Position numbers and translations under genes: made by a program | Shown here: positions 21,669 through 33,369 of the stretch, piece by piece | Layout: every line of letters starts with the position of its first letter | Position numbering within the stretch: position 1 is the stretch's first letter | The notes under the pieces: generated by a model | What the model was told of the DNA's origin: nothing | What the model saw: the letters and a program-made list of their open reading frames with translations, nothing else | The model's database searches: none | NCBI GenBank assembly: GCA_964035545.1 | Contig: OZ037771.1 | Coordinates: 8,425,408-8,489,407 of the forward strand | Origin: Bugula neritina | Taxonomy: Eukaryota > Animalia > Bryozoa | Direction of reading: 5' to 3' | DNA length: 64,000 bases

Positions 21669-24600
21669 TCATGACTCTGTATCTACTTCACCACTAGCCT
21701 TGTCAATCGTGTGCCAGTGGGATTTCCCATCAGTAGTATCCTGTAATACATCAGAACAAGCTTCAGCATTCAGTCAGCTGAGACCAGGTAAACATGTGCT
21801 TATATTCTCAAAAAAAGTATTTGAAAATGATAAGGATGTAGAGTTTCAAAGTTAGCTACACTTCTGGCTTGTGTGCCAGCTGCAGTGCAATTTCGCCACA
21901 GGGCCTAGTAATCATTATTTTGCTTTTTGACTAAATATAAAACAAGACTTGTAAACCAAACTTTTTAAAAAAAAAGGTAAGCCCACCTACATGAAAGTAT
22001 AGATAAGCTTGCACAACATACACCATATTGGATATTCACACAGTCATACCTTTATGATGATGCCAGCTAGAGTAGCAAGTTCGTCTCTCAACTGGTCACT
22101 AGAGTCTAGCAACACTGAATGAGACTTCCTGTGATTTCTTATTCGAGATTTCTCTTCCACTGTAAAATATACATCTTACTGTACTACATCCAGCTGCAGT
22201 ACTATCTGGACAGACAACTCCCAACAGTTGATGTACACATATAAAGTTATATAGTAACAGATACTAGCAAGCACACCTGGAGGTTACTTGGCGTACTCGG
22301 TGTTTGTGAAACAACTTCTGCAATAGTACATTGAGAGCAAACAATTCCCATTTAATCACCTTATACTAAAGATACTCAGTTACTGCAACACTAATACAAA
22401 TAATGATACAAAAGTAAGCTGTTTTATAATATTGATAAGAAAGAGTCTTTATAAAACAAAATTGCTTTGATTTTACAATTAGATGTTCAACAGTTAATGC
22501 ATAGTGAATCATTACTAGTTGTAGTTTGAAGCATGTTATTCATGTCATGATGTTAAATTAGATTTGATCTTCTAGGAATTTAGAGCTGAATATGGATCTG
22601 AAGAACTCATATGTTTGTCTCTGTAACCTCTAAGCAGATGCTAAAATATGTTAAACCATAGGTTTACAATAAAGCTGTTTGAATTGCTGCAGCAATCTGT
22701 TTTCAGTGATGTTTGCAATACAACAACTTTTCTGATCTCCTAGATTATAATATAGGAATTGCCCCCCCTATTTTGACAACTCGGGGCACCTCACCGCTTG
22801 CATTAGCAGTGTTTCCTCCCAAAGAGAAATTTCGAACCTTCTCTCTGAAATGTGTAACAGAATTCATGATGTCCTCCAGAGACTGTGAGCTGGCAGCAGA
22901 GTCAGCGTGATCAGCCTGTAATAATGAAACATACTGTGAGTCATCATATTAGTGGTACATCAGTGGATTAGTGGTACATCAGTAGATTAGTGGTACATCA
23001 GTATATTAGTAGTACATCAGTATATTAGTGGTACATCAGTATATTAGTGGTACATCAGTATATTAGTGGTACATCAGTATATTAGTGGTACATCAGTATA
23101 TTAGTGGTACATCAGTATATTAGTGGTACATCAGTATATTAGTGGTACATCAGTAGATTAGTGGTACATCAGTATATTAGTAGTACATCAGTATATTAGT
23201 GGTACATCAGTAGATTAGTGGTACATCAGTAGATTAGTGGTACATCAGTATATTAGTGGTACATCAGTAGATTAGTGGTACATCAGTAGATTAGTGGTAC
23301 ATCAGTATATTAGTGGTACATCAGTATATTAGTGGTACATCAGTAGATTAGTGGTACATCAGTAGATTAGTGGTACATCAGTATATTAGTGGTATATCAG
23401 TAGATTAGTGGTACATCAGTAGAACTGTTTATCGACTATGTGAAATTATGTAATATTTCAATAAGTTGTTATTGGAAGAGTTCGTCCAGTCAGTTATAGA
23501 ATTAATAGCAAACATCAGAGAGAAAATTGATATCCATAGACTTAATAGCAAAAATAATCGAATAAAATGATCAGGTTTTTACTTTCTTAACGCAGTTCAT
23601 ATTAATAAAATAGTGTATTTATAAATCTGAATGATTATTCATCAATAAAGGAGAAGGAAGAATACATAAAAATATTTATAGCATAAAAATTTACTATTGC
23701 ATTACACAGGTGGAGATGATTAGATAAGGAAACCGAGAGAGGCACATGTCACAACTATAGTCAGCTATTAACATAACAGGAAGTTGTCAACAGAATGAAA
23801 ACCTGGCCACATTGTTTTATATAAGAAACGAATAGGGAAATAATGGTAGTGTATTTACAAGCTGTGAGGTATGATTGACACCAAGCTGGGACATCAGTGT
23901 GTCTATATAACTGGTAACAGCAGCAATAGAGTAGACCTCTCTGGCTTTCACCTCATTCTGTAAATACAGAAATAAACAAACTGAAGAGAGTCGAAGTTGG
24001 TTCCTCTTTAAACAATAATATGTACTAGTGCATAACAAACATTTGGTGATATACTGTTGCTAAGCGACCTACTTTGTTGCTAAGCAACCTACTTTGTTGC
24101 TAAGCGACCTACCTTGTTGCTAAACAACCTACCTTGTTGCTAGGTTTACACAGCTCTATGTTGCAGACATGCACTAGACTCATGATTGCAGACATCATCT
24201 GCTGAGTATCAAAGTTGTCCGCCAAGGCTGACCTAACAACTTTCTGGGTGGACATCAAACTACAAATTATGGTTGCTATAGTAACAAAAACAATTACACT
24301 ACAGAGCATTCTTATTTTATAGATAGAAGTAATTGGGGCAAACAGCTTTGTAAAGAAACCTCAGAACTTTCATATCAACTTTTGACTGTTCTACCTTCAC
24401 AAGGTAAACACAATAAGTACCAGAAAGGAGCTTTGGAACACAAAATACTATCCAATATTGGTTAATCCTCATCTATAACATCAGGTTAATAATAATGCAG
24501 GCAACACATTTACCTCTGCATGAGCATCTCATTATTGACCATAGCTGAGGTTCCTTCACCCTGTATGTGCAGCTGAGCCATACTTCTGAGGGAAGACAAC

Positions 24601-27600
24601 TTCTTCAGTATCTTGACAGGCTTCCTCATCACTTGATCACTGTACTCTGTTACTATTGAATCACATGACAATGAGTCACTGTACTCTGTTACTATTGAAT
24701 CACATGACAATGAGTCACTGTACTCTGTTACTATTGAATCACGTGACAATGAGTCACTGTACTCGGTTACTATTGAATCACATGACAATGAGTCACTGTA
24801 CTCTGTTACTACTGAATCACATGACAATGAGTCACTGTACTCTGTTACTATTGAATCACATGACAATGAGTCACTGTACTCTGTTACTATTGAATCACAT
24901 GACAATGAGTCACTGTACTCTGTTACTATTGAATCACATGACAATGAGCCACTGTACTCTGTTACTATTGAATCACATGACAATGAGTCACTGTACTCTG
25001 TTACTATTGAATCACGTGACAATGAGTCACTGTACTCGGTTACTATTGAATCACATGACAATGAGTCACTGTACTCTGTTACTATTGAATCACATGACAA
25101 TGAGTCACTGTACTCTGTTACTATTGAATCACATGACAATGAGTCACTGTACTCTGTTACTATTGAATCACATGACAATGAGTCACTGTACTCTGTTACT
25201 ATTGAATCACATGACAATGAGTCACTGTACTCTGTTACTATTGAATCACATGACAATGAGTCACTGTACTCTGTTACTATTGAATCACATGACAATGAGT
25301 CACTATAGTAGCATTGACAGGGCGAAGTGATACTCATGGGAGCTATACAAGTGGGAAGACAGGAACTAGATGGATTATGGCTACTACTCTTAAATCATAG
25401 GTTAGCACCACAACTCTTACTACGTCCCCACAGCGAAGTACCACACTGGGTAAACTATTGGTAACCTACGTCCCTTCCTACCATAAACCTGTACACGACA
25501 GAACTTAGCTTGCAATGTGCCACAGTCACAGTGTACAACAAGTGGCTTCAGCAGTTGCAGCAGAAACCGAGTGACTCACCCATAGCATATGGCGTCAATA
25601 AACAGAACATACGGAACTGATTGGAAGTGTATTTCTTCAGCAAGTCGGGTATAGTTATGATATTGCCGAGTGATTTGGACATTTTCTCATTGTCGCCTTC
25701 TTTAGAGAGCAGACCTGAATGTATCCAGTAGTTGACCCACTGGTTGGTGTGGTGGTAGCAGTTAGACTGAGCTAACTCGTTCTCATGGTGGGGGAATATG
25801 AGATCGCTCCCTCCGCTGTGTATGTCTATGTTCTCACCAAACACTTTGCTATAACATGCAGCATGATACAGTAACATCAGTTTCTCAGGGGTACAGGTAT
25901 ACTTAGCAGGTTATGAAATTCTAGGTACAATAACAATAATCTTCTCCTGAAACTTTGGAGTTGTGTTCTACAATACTTTGTAAGAGAACTCATTAATAGT
26001 TGAACTACTTTCACACCAAGTCATTAGTAATCTGATATGCAGAAAGCTTCAATTTTTAAATTTCATTAGCTACCATTCTCTGTTGCCACTTTTCTGCTGC
26101 CAACTTTACAGATTAATTTACATTTTCAAAAGACATCAAATTTTTTAAGCAAATCATATTTTATCATTAAAAAGTGAGCTTCGGCATCAATGTAATTTCA
26201 ACAAGTCTCAGTAAAACTATAAAAGGGTACTCAGACTAGTGACATTAACTGAAACGGGTATTTCTTTCAGCAAAAGTACAAATGCACCCCTAAAGTTGTC
26301 AGGTGAAGTCACTCCAGGCGTCTAAAGGGAGCTGGCAAGAGTCCAACCCTCCACTACCAACGTATTGTGTTCTATATATCGTTTTGAGAAGCTGACAATA
26401 ATAGCAGAACATGACTGTATTTAGATGTAGTTCTAAGGTTTTACCTGGCCAAGACAGAGCAACCAATATGCCAGCCAGGACGACCTTCACCCCACGGAGA
26501 ATCCCAAAACGGCTCATCAGGTTTCCGAGGTTTCCACAACACAAAGTCCTGTGGCTTCATCTTCTGATCTACCAGTAAAAAATTACTTGATGTGTATTGA
26601 GATTACTAAACTATATATAGTCTGAGGTGTATATATAGTCTGAGGTGTAGGTCTAGTCTGAGGTGTATGTATATAGTCTGAGGTGTATATATAGTCTGAG
26701 GTGTATATATAGTCTGAGACATATATATAGTCTGAGGTGTATGTATATAGTCTGAGGTGTATGTATAGTCTGAGACGTATATATATAGTCTGAGGTGTAT
26801 GTATATAGTCTGAGACATATATATAGTCTGAGGTGTATGTATATAGTCTGAGGTGTATATATAGTCTGAGGTGTATGTATATAGTCCGAGGTGTATATAT
26901 AGTCTGAAAGGTATATATGTATATATATAGTCTGAGACGTATATATAGTCTGAGGTGTATGTATAGTCTGAGGTGTATGTATAGTCTGAGATTCATATAT
27001 AGTCTGAGGTGCGTAAACTAACCGTAGTCCACTGTCTTTTCTGAGGGCAGCACTTTCATCCGTGACAGATTACCATAGCTGCTGTATGAGTCACACCGAA
27101 AGAATACACTTCCTGCAAAATTTAGCAGACATACACATTTCTTTCACCACAGGGTTTGCAACAAAGAGATGTGAGTAGAAGGGGGACATGACTCTCAACA
27201 GATGAATTGTCTCATTGCTTGAAAGGATAAACATTATAGAACACTTCACACTGTACTAGAAAGCATGCAGTACTATAGAGTTAGGAAGGAGGAGCAAACC
27301 TTGGTCAGTGACGTATGCGTGTCCAGACTCAACGAGCTTCTGTATAAAGTGTATCACATTCTGGATGTTATCTGTTACTCTGTGTACAACTGTAGGCTTC
27401 AACACGTTAAGTCTGTGCATATTTTGAAGGAATCTGCTTTCGTAGTGAGAAGACAACTGCTCGGTTGTCTGTCCCACCTGAAATTAACCAACTTTGGCAT
27501 CGAATAACTAGCTTTTCCAGTTTTATGAAAAACAACATGTATTCAAAATGCAAATGATTAATGATAATCTTCCCAACAGCATAATTGTAGTCTCTAAACC

Positions 27601-28187
27601 AATAACAGATATCACTATTAAAGTTGAAAGGTTGACATGAATTCAAATGCCAGAAACATTGTCTAAGATTATCCAGATAATAAGAGCATTGCTTACTTGC
27701 AGTTATTTGTATGTACTGTACTAACCCTTTTGGCTTTTTCTATAATTTTATCATCTATATTTGTGATGTTCATCATATAAACAACATTAATGCCAAATAT
27801 ATTGGTGAGAATTCGTCTGATCACATCAAATCTGACATAACAGCTATGAGAAAGAGAAGAGACAATGTGTTATAAACTTTCCTTACAAACAATTAGAAAA
27901 CTAAAATATTCAATGTTAAATGAGAAAAACCTGTGATATGACTAGGATAAGGGGATAACGTGTATACAAGTTACTTTATATGACTGCTATTAATATAATA
28001 TATATTATATATATATATATAATAGTTGTAGCATGATATATATATTTTAAAAGAAATGAAATAAATTTTGATTAATAAAATGACGTTTATTACCAATAGT
28101 TTCGTACAGTAAAATATTGCGCACTCGTCAGATAAAATTGTCATTATGATTGCTCTCAACTATATAATATGGTTTTACCGTATTAGT

Positions 28188-28276
<89 letters not shown>

Positions 28277-28806
28277 GTTACCATTTCATCAGTAGTGAAC
28301 ATGGGACTTACCAGGCATGTCCTATATGAGGCTCATCATATACAGTTGGTCCACACACATACCTAACAAAATTATCACAGATTAACTCTGTATCTGACTA
28401 ACTAAAACGATGAGTTGGGGAGGGATATGCTAAAATAATAATACATACATAAAATAAACAATAAAAATAAATAATAGCAATACATAAAATCTACAAACCA
28501 GTAGACTATATCCTTACAAGAAGATATAAACTAGTGAAAAACAAGTTACTGTTATTCCTAACTTCCCATCAACGTAATGTTAAGTAGTACTACAAGTCAC
28601 ATCAGAAAATATACTCACCACTTTAAATTTCCTTCATTTGAGAGAATAAGAGGCAGCTTTGATCTGGTGTGAAAGTTATATATTGATATACCAGTTTCAC
28701 CACCAGGTGGAGCTGTCCACGCAAACTCTCTTCCTAACTGGGAGCAAAATCTCACATTTCTTACAACACTCAGAGACTGTATAATCCTGCACCTTGTCCC
28801 CAGCAT
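21669..28806 (-). CDS. CARS2: Cysteinyl-tRNA synthetase, mitochondrial
   Basis: Exons (minus): 28806-28619, 28362-28312, 27843-27726, 27477-27300, 27112-27023, 26568-26445, 25848-25580, 24652-24514, 24259-24133, 23957-23859, 22915-22795, 22159-22050, 21740-21669. Arg-rich presequence [20 protein letters not shown]. Motifs [82 protein letters not shown]. Phases consistent throughout. Confidence 0.95.
22948..23422. repeat. Intronic minisatellite, 19-bp unit (attagtggtacatcagta(t/g))
   Basis: About 25 tandem copies. Confidence 0.95.
24055..24142 (-). repeat. 20-bp tandem repeat (~4.4 copies) duplicating a CARS2 5' splice site
   Basis: Minus-strand unit agcaacaa(g/a)|gtaggt repeated. Confidence 0.9.
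24637..25304 (-). repeat. 39-bp x17 minisatellite spanning a CARS2 3' splice site
   Basis: Minus unit ctcattgtcatgtgattcaatag|taacagagtacagtga; 17 copies at 39-bp spacing (24651 to 25275). Confidence 0.95.
26611..27010. repeat. Intronic minisatellite, 18-22-bp unit (atatatagtctgaggtgt)
   Basis: Fills almost all of CARS2 intron 26569-27022. Confidence 0.92.
28192..28272. repeat. (TA)n microsatellite
   Basis: Direct reading. Confidence 0.97.
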
Positions 28807-29279
28807 TCCTATAACTGTAACAGTAAGAAGTGAGAGCCACCAGGTTTTTGTGGAATTGACGCAAAAATTATTTATTGGATTTTATTTGCGCAGAAATAAA
28901 AGGTTCATTAATTGAGAAATTGTCAATTATGTGCGTTTGCAATTTGTTGGACATAAATGTTGATTTGGTGCATATGCTGTAAATTTTAAAATACTAATGA
29001 CAAAGTCATAGTGACTATAGAGTAATACTAATAGTAATACTACAAGTACAACTACATGTACTTGTAGGTCTAATGGTTATAGTAATACTAATACTCAGTC
29101 TCATTAGTCATCACTAATAGTAATAATATTAATTATATTTTTAACGTCTAATAATGTGCTATAATCACCCAATCAGTTTCCCTATTACTAGTAGTATTAT
29201 TACTATTACTATTAATAATACTAATACTAATAGTATTAGACTTAGTATTACTCTATTACTCAAACTTACTCAAAGTAAT

Positions 29280-30200
29280 CATCACACTGGACCGCCCTAG
29301 AGTGAGGCAGGAATGTGCCGCATATGGGTAATATGTTGGACAGTCATTGGTCAATAGTCATACAGTTAGTACTGGTTGGGCTGTATTTACTGAACAGGAA
29401 CTTAATACTGTCTATGTGGAGATCTCTGAATTATTACTTCGGTTGTGACAAATTTTCAGGTCCCTGATAGTCCTTGGGAGAAAACTGTTTAGGTACTTGG
29501 TACTGTTAGCACAAACTGATCGGGGCTGTCCCCTCGCTTGAGAGCAAGTCTGTATAGTGCTGTTTGTTGGTTTGTTCAGCAGGTCATCAGAGACAGAGCT
29601 GAGAGCCAGATGTTGTTCTTCTTTTGTCAAAATCTTCACAAGGAGATCAACACGTTTGATTCTCCTTCGTTGTTCGAGGGGCTGTAGGCAGAGTTTCTTC
29701 ATGGCACTTTCGACATCTTCGTGGTCTTTAATATTGGCTATAAATCGTACTGCATCTACTAGTATCTTTTCTGAACCAGAAATATCCTTCTTCCAGGTTG
29801 GGTCTCAAGTTGCGCTAGCATACTCAAGGTATGGTAAACACAAGGCTTTGTATGCAATCAATCGACCTATGTTAATCATACCCAATTGTCTTCCAGCATT
29901 TAGTATTTTATTTGACATATGATTGTTGGACCTGCAATCTGATTGCAGTGTAACACCCAGGTATTCTGTAGAATCTACATGATCTAGCACTGACCTATTC
30001 AATGTGTAATTGGGAGTATCGCCTACAGAGTCAGAGTGAAACCTATTATTTTGCTCTTAGAGATGTTGAATGACATACCCCACTTGTCTGACCAAGCACC
30101 AAGAGAATGTTGATTTTGCTGGAATCTGCTGCAGTCACTTTATGAGGCTATCTCCTGGTATACAAGGGTGTCATCAGCAAACAAGGCACATGAGCAGTAC
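29280..30200 (-). mobile_element. 5'-truncated degenerate CR1/L2-like LINE reverse-transcriptase fragment
   Basis: Minus-strand remnants LFADDTLVY (~30160-30190), EYLGVTL, LPYLEYASA, LQPLEQRR, NSFLPRTIRD; broken by stops and frameshifts. Confidence 0.85.
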
Positions 30201-30679
30201 AACTAGATTAGTACAAGTTAGCATTATTATTATTATTATTAGACTTAGTATTACTAGGCTATTAGTAATACTCTGTTCTTACAGAAGCTTTGCCTTTAGT
30301 ATAACTTCAACTGACTATTACTATTACTATTGGTATTAGACTTAAAGTTAATTATACTAAAGCTACGCCTAGTGTTATTGTAAGAGAAATTTCTATTTTA
30401 ATTTAAATTAGAGTAATTAAAACTATTGAAATATGATACTGTATGTATTAAATAATTAAAAAAACTACTAATATGACAACTTTGTATTATACTACTAATT
30501 AAATTTTATATTATACTACTAATATGATAACTATATAATATAATAATTTAATATTATTAATTACAATTTTACACATTTGGCGTGCATGCGACATGCATTA
30601 ACTTGAACAGGTTTATTGACGTGTTGATCGTCGTGAATTCTATCGGTTAATTAGGTTTATGAGTCTCAATCTGCGTGTG

Positions 30680-30840
30680 CGCCAATGCTCGGTTCAATTC
30701 ACCTGAAGTTTCGATTGGCCGCATAAAGCTTCGATTCGCTGAAATTCAAACTTTGGCCACGTGGTGAGCACATGATAAGACGCTTTCTTTTTCGACAACG
30801 TGCCACTTTTGTCCTAGAGCCAACTTGGATTTTATAAATG
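30680..30840 (+). promoter_or_regulatory. Putative KLF5 core promoter
   Basis: CCAAT (~30682), ATTGG (~30714), E-box CACGTG (~30758), TATA-like tttataaa (~30831); locally CpG-rich and upstream of ATG 30963. Confidence 0.45.
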
Positions 30841-30962
30841 ACAATGAAACTAGATCTCTCAACTACACAGTCTAAAAGCCGTCCTTGAGACTCGTCAATG
30901 TTTTCTAACATGATATAGCTAAAAATACACTCTGGACAATCTAGAAGTTTCGCAAATTCATC

Positions 30963-33337
30963 ATGAACCAGCATGCAGCACTGGGATATGGTAAACAAGA
31001 CCAGATCGTTCCAGAATATGACAGTATGAGCCCTGATAGTTTTTCATCCTTCAACACAAGTCCACCTATGTATTCACAGGTAATATAGCAATCATACATT
31101 TTTTTTCAAAAACTGCTCAATGAGTAATTTTTTGCTGTAAAGGCATTCTTTAATTAGCTGTTGACGCAATTTGACACTATGCCTTCTCATCAAATATGCA
31201 CTAAATAGTTATTTATTTATTTTAAATTTAGTGCTGTAACTATTTAACTACAGCACGTGATTTATTTTTATTCAAACTTCTAATTTTTTTAGGAAATGCA
31301 TATCCATAACAAATAGAAACTACGGGAAATATTATTTTTATGAGGAAGGAAAAATATCTTTCAGCACTAACTCATATGTAAATAAAATTAGTTGAATATC
31401 TATTAGTAATTTAAAATTAAGGACAGTTACTTAAGAAGATTTAATGTAACATTAGTTTCTTTATTGGATTTAATCTATAAAAAATTTTATTTAGGTTTCA
31501 TTGCCTGACATATTTAAAATTATAGATAACCGCTTTCTTTTGATCAAATTTTTTTAGCATCATATTTAATGCCATTCATTGTCATTTTTCTTTTATATCA
31601 ACAACATGGCTGAAACCAAATTTTTAAGGGAACTGCTGTTAATTGACATTTGAATAAAAACATTCTATGCAAAGCAGCGTCAAAGTAGCAACAAGTCTTA
31701 AGTCAATGGCTAACTATGTAAAGTCATGCTCCAGGCAATTCCTTCAACTCAAATCTTGCAATCAATGACTTTAGCTATAGCCCAGAAATATTGACCTGGG
31801 GATTTAGAAGTCATGCAGTCAATTGACTCACAAATTATAAATCAAATTGATAGTTATATTACAAAGTTGACATTCGAATTTTTGGCACATCTTCAGCCGC
31901 TTGAGGTGCCCATAATAATTAGTCTCTTTTTATGTAGCTACTCACTAATTTATGGCATACCATAAATTAGTGAGTAGCTACTCAACACTCAGCACTCAAC
32001 AGTTGAAATAAAAATAATAAATCTGTAGCTTCAGTTATATTTTGAAATATAAATATTTATATGCAGTTAATGTACAACAAATAAAAAACATCTACTGTTA
32101 CATTTGTTTCAGAGCCATTAACTTTAAAATAGCTATTAAATATTTCAACAGTATATAAATTATTTTGCAAAAATCTTCCTAATAAAACACTAATACTATT
32201 TAAAAGTTTTCCTATTAACTAATGCATGGTTGTAAATATTGTAAGCTGAATTTCAGCAGTTTAGGACATGGTCTCCTTACAAAAAGTGATCAAAGCTGTT
32301 AAGTCAAAAATAGTTAAGTTCTCAAGTTTGTATAACTTGTACACAGCTTTAGTTACATGATAGAAATTATTTGGTTAACATGTAACTTTTTCTTTATTTG
32401 CTGTAAACAACACGATGGTAAACTACATAAAAAGCATTTGACTAAATATCTTATTTTGTTTTTATCTTATAATTTTATTTAAAAAAATATTTTTTAAGAG
32501 TAAAAAATAGGTCAATGATAATTGGTGTCATTAGGTTGAAAAGTTAAACAGTGCAAGGTTATAACTTTGGTAGTTTGGCATTTAGTGCATGGGAACATAT
32601 AGTACATATTACAATTTCATTATTATAAAACAAGCATTATTGTTGTCTAGAGTAGTATAATAGATATGAATAAAGTATAAGGTTGACAGATTCCAGAGAA
32701 CTCAGACAGTGTCGAGCTGCACTCGACTGGCCAGGGTCATGGCACAATGCAGTCAGGTGATTCACAATGCCCCCTCTTAGGTCTAACCTATGACTTACTT
32801 TAACAAAACACTCACTAGCATCATGACTTTAGGTGCAAGTAAAATATCTCAATGATAGTAAATTGATGCCTATTGTTGTACTGTATTTTACAACTCATTA
32901 TGCTATTTCTTTACACAATCACACTAAATGTTTATATGGCGATCATACATAATGGTTCACCACACATTTACAATACAATTCATGCACTGGAACTGAAACA
33001 CTGAACCGACACATGTTTATAACACATTTTCAGCTCTTAGACAATAAATAGTGTCAAGAAAAAATAGAATAATTAGCAACACTATGCATTTGACAAAATC
33101 CGTTGGCTGCAAAAGACACACTACCATTTTAGTCTGCAGAAGTACAATAAGCATACTTATGATATTCTCAGTGAGGAAGTGGTTATGCATATTAGAACAA
33201 AGGATTTAATATGCACATAAACATACAAGCATTATCAATTTCTGATGACAAGTATAACTCATTTTCAAAAATCTAATGCATATTATAATATGCTGGCAAA
33301 ACATCCTAATATTTTAATAAATAATATAACCTACATG

Positions 33338-33369
<32 letters not shown>

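Noticed and set aside
22948-25304. Regular arrays as possible CRISPR
   Set aside because: Head-to-tail repeats with no unique spacers; eukaryotic introns; no cas genes
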